NCBI GenBank assembly: GCA_965205865.1
Contig: CBDBHR010000030.1
Span: 305,465 to 369,464, forward strand
DNA from: a bacterium
GTDB lineage: Bacteria; SAR324; NAC60-12
Reading direction: 5' to 3'
DNA: 64,000 bases
Position numbers and translations under genes: made by a program. Under the pieces are notes generated by a model. It searched no databases and had not been told where the DNA came from. It worked only from the letters and a program-made list of their open reading frames with translations. Below are positions 20,926-32,760 of this stretch, in pieces; positions within the stretch are counted from its first letter, which is position 1; the number at the start of each line of letters is the position of its first letter.

Positions 20926-21078
20926 GTGTCTTGGACAGGTAGATCGCAAGCCTATCGAAAAAATAGATTTATTTCAAGAAAAAACTACGCCTTTTTAACA
21001 GTTCCGTATAAAAGCCATGAAAATTAACCTTGCACGCCTCTTCGGTCTTCTCTTGTATAGGCCGGGTCCACTTGCCAT

Positions 21079-21520
21079 TCAAGAATCATAGCTATTGTCT
21101 TGCAAAAGCCGGATCAATTTCCCATGTGCGGCAGGGAAAGAAAACTGAGCGATTTGATGCAAGGCCACCCATTTGACGGAAACAGATTCATTTTGCGGGT
21201 CATGCTCGTTACAAGAACGTAAAAAGCAGTGCAGGGTCACTTTGAAGGAGGTGTAACCGTGTTTGATGGTCGACAAATGTTGCTTGATCGTAATGCGAAC
21301 ATGGTGCTGCTTTCGCATTCCGGTGACCAATTCCTTCTGCATGTCTCGGTCTCCATTTAAATGGATATTGGGAAATTCCCACAATCCTGCCATCAATCCC
21401 TCTGCAGGACGTTTGCGAATTAAAAACCGGTCCTTCTTTTGAATGACTGCCAGGATGGTGGTGATGGATTGCAAAGGACGACGTTGTACTTTGGCGGAGA
21501 CCTGCTCCGTGGAACCTGCC
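21079..21520 (-). pseudogene. mutY: MutY C-terminal NUDIX-like domain; glycosylase domain absent
   Basis: RKRPAEGLMAGLWEFP, IKHGYTSFKVTL, FPAAH. Confidence 0.75.
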
Positions 21521-21554
21521 TTAAGAAGAATAAAAAATCCATTCGAGTTTCAGG

Positions 21555-21748
21555 CTGGACTTTGGACATTCGATTTATTCTTTTAATTTTCATTATTCAA
21601 TAATATCAGTTGGTTAAAATTCTATAAAAAATTAATACAGGTTGCTGTTTTCCGTTTTTGATGATACGACCTGTATTAATTCCAATACAAATTCGTAAGA
21701 CATTGATTTTATTAAACCCAAAAGTTGGATAAAATGTTCAAAGTCGAG
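21555..21748. mobile_element. 194-bp MITE, copy 2
   Basis: Near-identical to 19116-19309; flanking direct repeat TTTCAGG. Confidence 0.85.
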
Positions 21749-21849
21749 TTTCAGGAAGACGTGAAAAATTTGAATTTACATGAGTTCTGATATCCCGTAG
21801 AATTTGATTCGGGGATTTCACTCAGTATATACGTAGGAGCCTTCAAGTC

Positions 21850-23229
21850 ATGCGTTTGGATGATACAATTGCGGCCATTGCCACGGCAACAGGACCGGCA
21901 GGCATCGGTGTGATTCGGATTAGCGGAAATAGAGCCATTCGTGTTGCCTGCGCAATTTTTTCCCCTTCCCATTCCGAACAGAATTTCGAGGAGGCGCAAT
22001 CGCATCGTCTCTACCATGGCTGGATCCACGATCAAGGGCGATCTCTGGACGAAGTGCTGGTTGCGGTGATGCGAGCTCCGCATTCCTACACCACGGAGGA
22101 CGTCGTAGAAATCCAGTGCCATGGCAGTGTTGCTGTCTTACAAACTATGCTGGAACTGATATTGAAGCATGACGTGCGTTTGGCCGAACCCGGAGAGTTC
22201 ACCCAACGCGCCTTTTTGCACGGAAGACTGGATTTGACGCAGGTTGAAGCCGTATCCGACCTGATTCATGCCCGTTCTCGTCTGGGAATTTATACGGCTG
22301 TCAATCAACTGAAGGGAAAGTTGTATGAGGCGATTGCTGCGATCCGGGAAGACGTAGCCCATGTTGCGGCCTTGATTGAAGCCACTATTGATTTTTCTGA
22401 TGAAGACGAAGAATTCACGCAGCATGAGGAATGCGTGACACGTCTGGAGCAGACCCGTAAGGATTTGGAAGCGCTTCTCTCCTTTGCAGAACAAGGGAAG
22501 ATCCTGCGGTCCGGTTTGGGGGTGGCGCTGATTGGCCGTCCCAATGTTGGAAAATCAAGCTTGCTCAATGCCTTGCTGCAGGAACAGCGCGCGATTGTGA
22601 CGGAAATCCCCGGAACCACCCGAGATGTCATTGAAGAATCCATCCATTTTAAAGGACTGGCCATTCGCTTGATCGATACGGCAGGGATCCGCATGACAAA
22701 AGACATTGTTGAAAGCGAAGGTGTGCAGCGTAGTAGAAATGCCTGGGAAACTGCAGATATGGCGCTCCTGCTCCTCGACAGTTCCACCTCGTTGTTTCCA
22801 GAGGACAAGCAACTCCTGGAGCAAGCAGATCCGGAGGAAACCATAGTGGTGCTGAACAAAAAGGATTTACTCTCTGGTGATCAACCTGCCTGGATCGAGC
22901 AGTGTCATCCGTTCAAGACGGTATTGGTTTCGGCAAAGCATGCGGCGGGACTGCAGGAATTGGAAGAATCCTTGTTTGAAAAAGGGACCCGAGATGGGTT
23001 TTTGATGGAAGAACAAGCCCTCATCACCAACGTACGACAGCAACAATCAGCCAAGAAAGCATTATTCGCCTTGCAGGTTGCTCTGGAAGACTTGCGCAAT
23101 AGGGTGGGAGAAGAATGCCTGGCGGTGGATCTCGCCGGTTGCTTGCGCGCCCTGGGTGAAATCGTCGGAGACACGACGGCGGATGATTTATTGAATCGGA
23201 TTTTTTCGCAGTTTTGTATTGGGAAATGA
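21850..23229 (+). CDS. mnmE: tRNA modification GTPase
   Basis: DTIAAIAT, GRPNVGKSS, GTTRD, DTAG, NKKD, FCIGK. Confidence 0.97.
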   Translation: MRLDDTIAAIATATGPAGIGVIRISGNRAIRVACAIFSPSHSEQNFEEAQSHRLYHGWIHDQGRSLDEVLVAVMRAPHSYTTEDVVEIQCHGSVAVLQTMLELILKHDVRLAEPGEFTQRAFLHGRLDLTQVEAVSDLIHARSRLGIYTAVNQLKGKLYEAIAAIREDVAHVAALIEATIDFSDEDEEFTQHEECVTRLEQTRKDLEALLSFAEQGKILRSGLGVALIGRPNVGKSSLLNALLQEQRAIVTEIPGTTRDVIEESIHFKGLAIRLIDTAGIRMTKDIVESEGVQRSRNAWETADMALLLLDSSTSLFPEDKQLLEQADPEETIVVLNKKDLLSGDQPAWIEQCHPFKTVLVSAKHAAGLQELEESLFEKGTRDGFLMEEQALITNVRQQQSAKKALFALQVALEDLRNRVGEECLAVDLAGCLRALGEIVGDTTADDLLNRIFSQFCIGK

Positions 23230-23253
23230 ACCCCGACTTTCCGGTTTATTCCA

Positions 23254-26200
23254 TTAACTGCATCCGGATGTGGCCCCACACGAGACGCATTTGAGGCAAG
23301 AGCCGTTGCGGACCATGGTCAACTGCCCGCATGTTTCACAATACTCTCCCTCATACCCTTTCATTTTTGCTTCCTGTAGTCGCGATTCCTGCGAACGCTG
23401 CAAAGTCCATGCTTCTTTCTTTCCTGCAGTGTACGCGTCGGAGCGGGAGGCGCTATTGGAATGTCCGCTTCCCGGGGACAATGAAGCACGCTCCGAAAAG
23501 TCAGCAAAAGAATGTTCCACTTCCATGAAACGTCTTTCCGTCTCGGCATTGGGTCGTTGTCCGGTCATTCCATCGCCTTTCGATTCTTCAGCAGGGGTGG
23601 CGAGACTGTCCAAGGTACGCTCCACCACGATTTCTTCCCCTTCGAATTCGGGTTCCGTCTGTTTGCGAGAGTACAGTTCACTGGCTTGCAGATCTTCCTG
23701 ATTGACGTGCGCCAAATCATTCCGTGCCAGATAAGTGATGGCCAATTCCCGGAAAATGTAGTCGATGATCGAAGTGCTCATCTTGATGGCATCGTGTCCG
23801 GCAACCAGACCATTGGGCTCGAAACGCGTGAAGACAAACGCTTCCACGTATTCTTCCAAAGGCACGCCATGTTGCAATCCCAGAGAGATGGCAATGGCGA
23901 AACAGTTCATCATGCTACGAAAAGCGGCGCCCTCCTTGTGCATGTCCAGGAAAATTTCTCCTATGGTGCCATCCGGATATTCGCCGGTTCTCAAATAGAC
24001 TTTATGTCCTCCTACAATTGCTTTTTGAGTGTATCCTGTCCGTCTTTGAGGCAGTCGGCGCCGTTTTGCCAAATAGCGATGGATAATGCGCTCCGCAATG
24101 CGTACTTCCGGTGATTGCGCCTCTTCGACTTCCTCAGAATCTTCCCTCGCCAAGGACCTCCCGTCCTCCTCATCCACATTGGTATTGAGGGGTTGACTCA
24201 ATTTGCTGCCATCTCGATAAAACGCGTTGCATTTCAAACCCAATTCCCAAGAGCGATTGCAGGCGTCTTTGATGTCGGAGATGGAAGCATGTTCAGGCAA
24301 ATTGATAGTTTTGGAAATGGAGCCGGAAATAAAAGGTTGCGCAGCTGCCATCATGTGGATGTGGGCTCGAGGGGCGATGTAACGTTTGCCTTTTTTCCCG
24401 CACTTGTTGGCACAGTCGAAGACGGCATAGTGTTCTTTTTTCAGATGTGGCGCCCCTTCAATCGTCATGGTACCACAAATGTAATCATTGGCGGCTTCAA
24501 TTTCCTTTTCGGAAAACCCCAAGGCTTTGAGGACGTGGCGATCGTCGAGTTGCTCATCACTGAATCCCAGGGTTTGTTTACAAAATTCTTCTCCCAGTAT
24601 CCATTTGTTGAAGACGAAGGTGATATCAAAAGCAGAGGACAACTGAGATTCGACGCCTTCCAGCACGTCTTCGGTGAATCCTTTCAGTTTCAAAGTCTCC
24701 GGGTTGATGCATGGACTCCCCTGCAGGGTGCCCTGACCTTTGACGTAAAAAACGATATCAGCACTTTGCGATTCGTTATATCCCAGTCTCTTCAAAGCAG
24801 GGGGGATGGATTGATTGATGATTTTAAAATAGCCTCCTCCCGCCAACTTCTTGAATTTGACCAGAGAGAAGTCGGGTTCGATCCCGGTCGTGTCACAGTC
24901 CATTACCAGTCCGATGGTCCCGGTGGGCGCAATGACGGTCACCTGCGCATTGCGGAATCCGTGTTTTTCTCCCAATTCCAATGCCTGATCGGAAGCTTGC
25001 CGGGCCGCCTTGAGCAAATCAGGGGGACAGTATTGACTGTCGATGCCCACCGGTTTGATCGTCAGTTCCTCATATTCGGTTTCGGGCACACGGTAAGTTG
25101 CCCGTTGATGGTTGCGCACTACCCGTAAAACGTGTTGCCGGTTGTTTTCATATTCAGGAAAGGGACCCAATTCCCTGGCCATTTCCGCAGAGGCAGTATA
25201 GGCCGTCATGTGCATGATGGCGGTGATGGCGCCACAGATGGCAGTGGCTTTGTTCGAATCATAAGGGATTCCCGAGGTCATCAGGTAAGTGCCCAGATTC
25301 GCATATCCCAATCCCAGCGTGCGGTAATTGTAGGACAGTTCCGCAATCCGTTGACTGGGAAATTGGGCCATCAACACGCTGATTTCCAAAACAACCGTCC
25401 ACAAGCGCACGGCATGACGGAAACTCTTGATATCGAATTCTTTGTTTAGGGAATCCTGAAACTTGATCAGATTGAGGGATGCCAGATTGCAGGCGGTATC
25501 ATCCAGAAACATGTATTCACTGCATGGATTCGAGGCCCGGATTGCGCCACCTTGCGGACAGGTGTGCCATTCATTGATGGTGGTGTCGAATTGAATCCCC
25601 GGATCGGCGGAAGACCAGGCAGTGTAGGCAATTTGTTCCCACAATTCGGAGGCTTTCAGGGTTTTACAGGGTTGAGGAACCCGACCTTCCGCAGCCGCGT
25701 TTACCTTTTCAGTGCGCCAGTATAGATTCCAGTCACCTTCTTGCTGCAGGGTTTGCATGAAATCATTGGCGATACGGACGGAGTTGTTGGCGTTTTGTCC
25801 GGAGACCGTGCCATAGGCTTCCGCATTCCAGTCAGTGTCATATTCTTCAAACTCGATACCCCTGTATCCCTGCCGGGCCAGTTGAATGATCCTTTCTATG
25901 TAATTGGCGGGGACATGAAATTGACGGGCTTTTCGAATGGTTTGGCTTAGCGCGTAATTTTTTTTACGGTCGAATTTTTCTTCCGGGAGTACCTCCCCTT
26001 CTCCCTGCCAACCATGAATGGCATCAAACAATTCATTGAGAATATTTGAAATTGTCATTGAACCGGCAACCATAGCGGCTACCTTTTGTTCTTCCACGAC
26101 CTTCCAATTGATAAAGGATTCGATATCAGGATGATCCATGTCCAGACAGATCATCTTGGCGGCCCGCCGAGTGGTTCCCCCCGACTTGATGGCGCCGGCG

Positions 26201-26985
26201 GCAGTATCTCCTATCTTGAGAAACGACATCAACCCTGAAGAAACACCACCGCCGGATAGTGGTTCCCTACCTCCACGGATATACGAAAAATTGGTGCCGG
26301 TTCCCGAACCATATTTGAACAGGCGCGCCTCCCGCGTCCACAAATCCATGATGCCTCCCTCCTGCACCAGATCATCGGTGACGGACTGGATAAAACACGC
26401 ATGCGGTTGCGGATGAGTGTAGGCGTCTTTGGATTTGGTCATCTGTTTAGTATCGGGATCGATGTAATGGTGCCCCTGCGACGGCCCCGTGATGCCATAA
26501 GCCCAGTTGAGACCCGTATTGAACCATTGAGGTGAATTGGGAGCCGCCATCTGCTTGGCCAGCATGTAGCGCATCTCATCATAAAACGCCCTGGCATCCT
26601 TTTCGCTGTCGAAATAACTATAACCCCAGTAGGTCCAGCACCCTGCCAATCTGCGAAAGAGTTGGCGCGAATCTGTTTCAATGGTGGTTTGTTCTGATTC
26701 AGGCAGGTTGCTCAGTTTTGCTTTGTCTGCCACGGAAGGCTGCAACCAGGAGGGGATGTTTTTTTCTTTTGCAGGTTTCAAATACCGGGGTATACCGGCT
26801 TTACGAAAATACTTCTGGGCGAGGATGTCCGTCGCCACCTGAGACCAGTTCCGGGGGACAATCACTTCCTTCCACTCGAAAACAATGGAACCATCCGGAT
26901 TACGTATCACCGAAGATCTGGTAGTGAACTCTATGGACTCGAAAGGGTCCTGACCTTCCCTGGTGTACAATCGTTCTATTTTCAT
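23254..26985 (-). CDS. nrdJ: B12-dependent class II ribonucleotide reductase
   Basis: [39 protein letters not shown]-like and Zn-ribbon C-terminus. Confidence 0.95.
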   Translation of the reverse strand: MKIERLYTREGQDPFESIEFTTRSSVIRNPDGSIVFEWKEVIVPRNWSQVATDILAQKYFRKAGIPRYLKPAKEKNIPSWLQPSVADKAKLSNLPESEQTTIETDSRQLFRRLAGCWTYWGYSYFDSEKDARAFYDEMRYMLAKQMAAPNSPQWFNTGLNWAYGITGPSQGHHYIDPDTKQMTKSKDAYTHPQPHACFIQSVTDDLVQEGGIMDLWTREARLFKYGSGTGTNFSYIRGGREPLSGGGVSSGLMSFLKIGDTAAGAIKSGGTTRRAAKMICLDMDHPDIESFINWKVVEEQKVAAMVAGSMTISNILNELFDAIHGWQGEGEVLPEEKFDRKKNYALSQTIRKARQFHVPANYIERIIQLARQGYRGIEFEEYDTDWNAEAYGTVSGQNANNSVRIANDFMQTLQQEGDWNLYWRTEKVNAAAEGRVPQPCKTLKASELWEQIAYTAWSSADPGIQFDTTINEWHTCPQGGAIRASNPCSEYMFLDDTACNLASLNLIKFQDSLNKEFDIKSFRHAVRLWTVVLEISVLMAQFPSQRIAELSYNYRTLGLGYANLGTYLMTSGIPYDSNKATAICGAITAIMHMTAYTASAEMARELGPFPEYENNRQHVLRVVRNHQRATYRVPETEYEELTIKPVGIDSQYCPPDLLKAARQASDQALELGEKHGFRNAQVTVIAPTGTIGLVMDCDTTGIEPDFSLVKFKKLAGGGYFKIINQSIPPALKRLGYNESQSADIVFYVKGQGTLQGSPCINPETLKLKGFTEDVLEGVESQLSSAFDITFVFNKWILGEEFCKQTLGFSDEQLDDRHVLKALGFSEKEIEAANDYICGTMTIEGAPHLKKEHYAVFDCANKCGKKGKRYIAPRAHIHMMAAAQPFISGSISKTINLPEHASISDIKDACNRSWELGLKCNAFYRDGSKLSQPLNTNVDEEDGRSLAREDSEEVEEAQSPEVRIAERIIHRYLAKRRRLPQRRTGYTQKAIVGGHKVYLRTGEYPDGTIGEIFLDMHKEGAAFRSMMNCFAIAISLGLQHGVPLEEYVEAFVFTRFEPNGLVAGHDAIKMSTSIIDYIFRELAITYLARNDLAHVNQEDLQASELYSRKQTEPEFEGEEIVVERTLDSLATPAEESKGDGMTGQRPNAETERRFMEVEHSFADFSERASLSPGSGHSNSASRSDAYTAGKKEAWTLQRSQESRLQEAKMKGYEGEYCETCGQLTMVRNGSCLKCVSCGATSGCS

Positions 26986-27297
26986 GAAATCCTCTCTTTC
27001 AGAAGTTGGAATATTCCAAATTTTCTCTAAGGTTACCAGATCATTATCGCATCAAGATTATTTTCACAATATTTTTTACTGACGTTCTTGCCGATCTTGT
27101 GCTACGATTGTTTTTCATGGAAATGGTGATCTCTCAAAATGTTGATTCTGGTGTTAACTATTTGAATATATTACCATTTCCATGTTTGATTGTCATCTAA
27201 TTGCAGGATTCAGGTCTGTTTTAAACACTCATATTGCACCTATTTGTCGGACAAATTCTTTTAAACGCCGGCAAAGCCGTTCAACAAAAAGACATTT

Positions 27298-28731
27298 ATG
27301 GAGTTTGAGCCCGTCATTGGTTTAGAAATTCATGCCCAGTTGGCCACCGAGTCCAAAATTTTCTGCCGTTGTTCTACGGAATACGGGGTGTCTGCGAACA
27401 AAAACACCTGTCCGGTCTGTATGGGATTGCCTGGCGTTTTGCCGGTATTGAATAAAAAAGTACTGGAATTCGCGGTGCGTTTGGGATTGGTAACCCATTG
27501 CGCGATTCGACTCGATTCTCAATTCGCGCGCAAAAATTATTTTTATCCGGATTTGCCCAAAGCCTACCAGATTTCGCAATTTGACCGCCCCATTTGTGAA
27601 AATGGTTGGCTCGACGTCGAAGTCGACGGGCGTGCCAAACGGATCGGCATCACGCGCATCCACATGGAAGAAGATGCCGGCAAACTGCTCCATGAGGAGG
27701 GAAACGGTTCCAGCAGTTATGTCGATTTGAATCGAGCTGGAGTGCCCTTGTTGGAAATCGTCAGCGAACCGGATTTACGTTCTCCGCAGGAAGCAAAAGC
27801 CTACATGGAAAAAATTCACGCCCTGGTGACCTATCTTCAGATTTCCGATGGGGATATGGAAAAAGGCAATCTGCGCTGTGACGCCAATGTTTCCATCCGT
27901 CCGAAAGGACAGCAAAGTTTCGGCACCCGCACTGAAACAAAAAATATCAACTCGTTTCGTTTTGTACAACAAGCCATCGATTATGAAATCGAACGTCAAA
28001 CCTGGGAAATCCTGGATGGACACGAAATCACTCAGGAAACACGTCAGTGGGATGCCGGGAAAAAAGTGACTTATAGCATGCGCAGCAAAGAGGAGGCACA
28101 CGATTATCGCTATTTCCCCGATCCCGATCTGCCAATTGTCCATATTTCTCGAGCATGGATCGATAACATCGCACTGCAGTTACCGGAACTGGCGGATGCT
28201 AAACAAAAACGTTTTGTCGCCGAATATCAATTACGTGAGGAAGACGCAAAACGGTTGGTCGCCGATCGCGCAGTGGCCGATTACTATGAGGCGGTGATGG
28301 CCAACAATACGCATGCCAAACTGGCCTTCAGTTGGGTGATGATGGAGTTGGGACGGGTGATGAACGAAACAAAAACCGGCATTGATGAAATCGGCATTCC
28401 TCCCCGCCAGTTGGCAGAATTGATCAAAATGATTGCAGACAACTCCATCAGTGGAAAAATCGCCAAGAAGGTTTTCGAGGAGATGCTCTGCAGGGATCAA
28501 TCTCCTCGCGCTATCGTGGAAGCCAAAGGCTTGAAACAAATCTCCGATTCCGGCGCACTGGAAAACTTGGTCGTGGAGACCATCCGCAAAAACCCCGTTC
28601 AGGCGCAGCAATACCGGGACGGAAAAACCAAAGTTTTCGGCTTTTTTGTAGGACAAATCATGAAAGCGTCCAAAGAACAAGCCAATCCTCGAATCGTCAA
28701 CCAAATATTGAAAGAAAAACTCGATGGATAA
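27298..28731 (+). CDS. gatB: Asp/Glu-tRNA amidotransferase subunit B
   Basis: IGLEIHAQL, YFYPDLPK, RCDANVS, YRYFPDPDL. Confidence 0.97.
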   Translation: MEFEPVIGLEIHAQLATESKIFCRCSTEYGVSANKNTCPVCMGLPGVLPVLNKKVLEFAVRLGLVTHCAIRLDSQFARKNYFYPDLPKAYQISQFDRPICENGWLDVEVDGRAKRIGITRIHMEEDAGKLLHEEGNGSSSYVDLNRAGVPLLEIVSEPDLRSPQEAKAYMEKIHALVTYLQISDGDMEKGNLRCDANVSIRPKGQQSFGTRTETKNINSFRFVQQAIDYEIERQTWEILDGHEITQETRQWDAGKKVTYSMRSKEEAHDYRYFPDPDLPIVHISRAWIDNIALQLPELADAKQKRFVAEYQLREEDAKRLVADRAVADYYEAVMANNTHAKLAFSWVMMELGRVMNETKTGIDEIGIPPRQLAELIKMIADNSISGKIAKKVFEEMLCRDQSPRAIVEAKGLKQISDSGALENLVVETIRKNPVQAQQYRDGKTKVFGFFVGQIMKASKEQANPRIVNQILKEKLDG

Positions 28732-29464
28732 GCAACGTTTTGAAAATCCATGGATGATGCGTGGAATCAAAATTCTGGAACCCCTTTCCCTCATGTGTCT
28801 TCTTGGATGCGGGATATGGATTTTCTCCGGCACTCCCACAGAAAAAGAAATGGGATTCGTACAAAAAATCATGTACCTTCACGTTCCCACGGTTATCGTG
28901 ACTTATACCGCATTTTTCGTGGTGTTTGCCTTTGGTATCGCTTATTTGTGGAAACAAGACTTGTTTTTTGACCAGGTGGCCAAATCATCTGCTCAAATAG
29001 GGTTGATTTTCTGCGGGCTTGTGTTGATCACCGGGGCTATCTGGGGCAAACCGACTTGGGGAACTTATTGGGTTTGGGATGCCCGCCTGACTACCACTCT
29101 ATTACTCTTTCTCATTTTTGCGGGATATTTTTTGCTGCGCGCCTTTTCGAAAGAAAGAGAAAGGGAAGCGCGATTTGCTTCTGTTTTGGGCATCATTGGA
29201 TTTTTGGACATTCCCATTATCCACAAGTCCGTGGAATGGTGGCGCACGCTTCACCAGCCTACCACTTTGTTGAAAGTGGGGACGGCAGGAGAAGCCAATC
29301 CGGCCATGCCTTCCGAGTTGCTCCTGCCACTGTTGGCCGCCATGGGGGCCATGTTGATTTTTTATCTCTATCTTCTCTTGTTGCGTCTCCACCTGGAACG
29401 TCAACATCACACCTTGCAAGAGAGGATTGTCGAATACGAAGGAGAGTCGCAGCCATGCCAATGA
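28724..29464 (+). CDS. ccmC: heme exporter CcmC
   Basis: YLHVP, WGKPTWGTYWVWDARLT, WWRTLHQ. Confidence 0.95.
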   Translation: MDKQRFENPWMMRGIKILEPLSLMCLLGCGIWIFSGTPTEKEMGFVQKIMYLHVPTVIVTYTAFFVVFAFGIAYLWKQDLFFDQVAKSSAQIGLIFCGLVLITGAIWGKPTWGTYWVWDARLTTTLLLFLIFAGYFLLRAFSKEREREARFASVLGIIGFLDIPIIHKSVEWWRTLHQPTTLLKVGTAGEANPAMPSELLLPLLAAMGAMLIFYLYLLLLRLHLERQHHTLQERIVEYEGESQPCQ

Positions 29465-29595
29465 ATTTGGAATTTGTTATCAGCACCTACGGGATTTGGA
29501 TGGCTACCATGATCATTTATGTTTGGCTCATGAGACGCAAATTGAAAAACTGCAACCATGCTTTGGAAAACCTGGATCAAGAGCAAAAATCGTGA
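29455..29595 (+). CDS. ccmD: heme exporter CcmD
   Basis: Short TM segment plus charged tail between ccmC and ccmE. Confidence 0.7.
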   Translation: MPMNLEFVISTYGIWMATMIIYVWLMRRKLKNCNHALENLDQEQKS

Positions 29596-30029
29596 AAAGC
29601 ACCTATAAATTTTTAATCGGTGGCTTGGTCATTTTTGCCATGCTGGCTGCCATATCGATTCAAGGCTTGCAGGAAATGACCGTGTTTTTTCATACGCCTG
29701 AGGAAATTCTCGCCGCTCCTGCCGATTTCGAAAACAAAACAATTCGCATCGGCGCCCTGGTGCAGCCCGGCAGTGTGGAATGGGATGCCAAAACCCTCAT
29801 CCTTTCCTTCAACGTGACGGAAGATTCCAAGCAATTCATTCCGGTGGTCTATGTAGGGGTGAAACCGGATATGTTTCGTGAAGGACAAGGGGTGGTCGTG
29901 GAGGGAAAAATGCAAGGCCAGGTATTCACAGCGCATCAACTGCTCGTAAAACACAGTGAAGAGTACAAACTGGACCCGGAAACTCATAAAAGTAAAAAAG
30001 ATTATTATAAAACCCTCAGTGAGTCCTGA
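29592..30029 (+). CDS. ccmE: heme chaperone CcmE
   Basis: GTG start; PDMFREGQGVVVEG, KHSEEY. Confidence 0.9.
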   Translation: MKSTYKFLIGGLVIFAMLAAISIQGLQEMTVFFHTPEEILAAPADFENKTIRIGALVQPGSVEWDAKTLILSFNVTEDSKQFIPVVYVGVKPDMFREGQGVVVEGKMQGQVFTAHQLLVKHSEEYKLDPETHKSKKDYYKTLSES

Positions 30030-30436
30030 AACAATCTCGAAATTCCGAATCACTCTTGATTCCTGAAAACAGTTTTCAAAAAAAAGAGCGATTCTCCTGC
30101 AAAAACAGCAAAATCTCTATATTTTCAAACACTCACCGGACTGATGTTCGATCTCTGGAATGGAAACGATTACCTGACCAGTGACGGCACGTATGCATTC
30201 ATGGCAACCAGGGAAGGATCATCCCAGGCAAAAGCTTTTGATTGCATCGGCGTGAGCATGCGGATCTGAATCATATGATCCAGCCTGATCAGACCATTTT
30301 TTGGCTCATGCCGAAGATGGACCGCTAAAGATTTTCTGAAAGCGTATCGTTGCGAAGGATTTAATGGGGTTTGGGAAATTGTCAGTTCTCACCGAACAGA
30401 TACTTACCGGACGGCGTATGCGATCAAACTAGAAAA

Positions 30437-30688
30437 TCATACCAGGTGGTCGGTCCCCAGCAGGTATTTTCCTGACGCTGGGCTCAGCCTGTCTATCAGG
30501 TGAATCTCGCTCACCCCGTAGGGGGCCAGAACCTCGGCAAAGATCGCCACCAGAATCAAGAACAAGGTGACCATCCCGCCAAACGTCCCGAGGGGCTTCT
30601 CCTTGAGAAGCCTGATGAAGAAATCCACAAACCGACCTCGTCGCTTGGGTTCACTGACTTTGGATGGGAATTCTATGGTGTCACTCAT
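30437..30688 (-). pseudogene. dppC 5' fragment
   Basis: EKPLGTFG..LLGTDHL then stop. Confidence 0.85.
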
Positions 30689-30707
30689 GTTCTCGATTTC
30701 TCTATAG

Positions 30708-30792
30708 GTAGGGCCGGTGGTCCGGCATTCCGGTGACGTCCCGGCCTGAAAAACGCATCGCTCGCATTGACCGGGACGTCACCCGGCCCTAC
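30708..30792. repeat. GTAG-type REP-like palindrome between dppB and dppC fragments
   Basis: GTAGGGCCGG..GTGACGTCCCGG..CCGGGACGTCAC..CCGGCCCTAC. Confidence 0.65.
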
Positions 30793-30814
30793 CGTATAGC
30801 TTTCGCGCCAGCGA

Positions 30815-31142
30815 CTATTCATACCGCACCCTCGGGTCCAGATAGGGATAAATCAGGTCGATGAGGAGATTGAGCAGCACCACCCCGGTGGCGAAAAAGA
30901 GGTTGATTCCGGAGACCATCGGGTAGTCTCTCTCATTGAGGGCATTCACCAAGAGACGGCCGATCGCCGGCAGGTTGAAGATGTTTCCCATGATCACCGC
31001 GCCCCCAACCAGGATCGGCAACTGCAGGCCGCAGAGAGGCTGGGCGGCCGCAGCGCGGCCAATAAGCCCAGCTGAACGCGTCACCACCGGGATGAGGGCA
31101 TTTTTGAGGGTGTGCCGGATCACCACGGCCCGCTCCTTCATT
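30815..31142 (-). pseudogene. dppB 3' fragment with hairpin insertion
   Basis: RHTLKNALIP..YPYLDPRVRYE. Confidence 0.85.
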
Positions 31143-31349
31143 TCAATCGAGAAAATAAAAGACAATTTAATATTTGACCCCTTTCCGCCACTCGGTCCTG
31201 ACCGCCTCTTCTTTTTGAAGCTCAAAAGGACACTTTCAGAGACACCGTAAGAGGGCGAGAGCAAAATCTATGAGGAGCAACTATTTCTCATGGCACTTGC
31301 CCCCTTTGAAGATTACACAATAGCAAAGATAAGACGTGGTTTCATGACA

Positions 31350-31557
31350 TGGAAGGAAGCAAACAGGGGACCGCCGCAGTCCCCCATCCCGGAGGCAAGT
31401 ATGCTACGAAAAATAGCGAGTGTTTTGAAGGCGCCGCCCGCTGGTCTTGAGGAAAAGTAAGTTTGAATGACCCCCATATTGGATCGCGCTATTGCAGGAA
31501 AGGAAGAACAGTGGTAAATTGCAAAGAGTTATTTCAGATTGAGGAAAAAAGGAAGTT
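31350..31557 (+). repeat. ~200-bp element X, copy A (two hairpins, sigma70 promoter, RBS)
   Basis: Homologous to 36001-36210, 38070-38270, 40801-41014; TTGCAG-N17-TAAATT at 31492-31520. Confidence 0.85.
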
Positions 31558-32232
31558 ATGAAAAGATTTTGGATCATTTGGTTGATGGGAGGCGTGAGCT
31601 GGTTGCTGAGCCATGGGGCGGTTTATGGGCAACCAACGCTGGGATTTACCCAGGAAGATCGAGAGCGCATCATTCGGCTGGAAACCACCTTAACGCTCTT
31701 TATGGAAGCTACTGATCAGCGGTTTATCGAATTACGGGAAGACATAAACAAACGCTTTGAACAGGTAGATAAACGCTTTGAACAGGTAGATCAGCGGTTT
31801 ATCGAATTACGGGAAGATATGAATATCCGCTTTATCGAATTACGGGAAGACATGAATAAACGCTTTGAACAAGCAGATAAGCGCTTTGCGCAGGTGGATC
31901 AACGCTTTGAAGACATGAACAACCGCTTTGAACAGATGATGAATACCTTGCAGCTGATTGCCGGCATTTTTACCGTCCTGACTCTGGGTGTCATCGGATT
32001 TGCCTATTGGGACCGACGCACTATTATTCGCAAAGCAAAACAAGAGACCCTGGAAACGCTGGAGCGGGACGCCGCTCCTAAAGAAGAAGCGATCATTGAC
32101 CGAGCTGTAGCGCAAGCGGTTCAAGAGATCAAAAAAGACAATCGTCTGCAAGACTTGATCGCTGCCTTACGCATATTGGCCGCCACTGACCCACCTCTGG
32201 CAAACGTTCTCAAAGAATTTCATTTATTATAG
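31558..32232 (+). CDS. membrane-anchored coiled-coil repeat protein, copy 1
   Basis: Signal peptide, RFIELREDMNK/RFEQVDK repeats, TM segment, WDRRT. Confidence 0.8.
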   Translation: MKRFWIIWLMGGVSWLLSHGAVYGQPTLGFTQEDRERIIRLETTLTLFMEATDQRFIELREDINKRFEQVDKRFEQVDQRFIELREDMNIRFIELREDMNKRFEQADKRFAQVDQRFEDMNNRFEQMMNTLQLIAGIFTVLTLGVIGFAYWDRRTIIRKAKQETLETLERDAAPKEEAIIDRAVAQAVQEIKKDNRLQDLIAALRILAATDPPLANVLKEFHLL

Positions 32233-32485
32233 ACTCCCTCACAACCCAGGGCGTTATCCTGGGCTAATATGTTAAGCCTTTTCAGGGCCACTTTGAGCAA
32301 TTTTGCACTTATAATTAAGATAAGTCCCGCATAGGGTGGGGTTGGGGGTGAGATGTCGCGGAAAGGGGTGAAGAAAAGTTTCTGTCCTTTTTCTTTCGCC
32401 CCTTGATATCTACTAGCCCCTTGATATCTACTATGATATAAAAAAAGTAGCGACTTTCCCATTAAGAGTTTCACCGGAGGATAAG

Positions 32486-32760
32486 ATGCCTTTTCCAGAA
32501 TATTTAACCTTAGCAGAGTTCAAAAAACTCCCGGTTGAGCACATTTTACTATCAATATCGTCAGAGCAGCAAAGTGTGACGGTGCAATTGCCGGATGGGA
32601 ATGAAATTATTATACGCCCTGAGTCTCCATTGAAACCTTTACCTGTATTAAAAGGGCATATTCCAAAAGGTTAGAAAGAAGCCATTTATCATGAGTCAGA
32701 GTGATTTGATCTTATTTGATGCAGGAATGTTCATTGGCGCATTATTACAGGAAAGAGATT
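32486..32760 (+). pseudogene. decayed antitoxin plus PIN toxin N-terminus
   Basis: LPVLKGHIPKG*KEAIY overlapping MSQSDLILFDAGMFIGALL. Confidence 0.5.

Noticed and set aside
21518-21526. CTTAAG as a common junction motif
   Set aside because: The copy at 37185 is only synonymous codons in dppB; not systematic.
27000-27297. NrdR box or cobalamin riboswitch upstream of nrdJ
   Set aside because: No convincing match to either consensus.
28724-30029. ccmCDE coupled to gatB without ccmF
   Set aside because: Split ccm operons are common; the remaining genes may lie elsewhere.
32398-32433. 18-bp tandem duplication upstream of a decayed TA pair
   Set aside because: Real, but no function can be supported.
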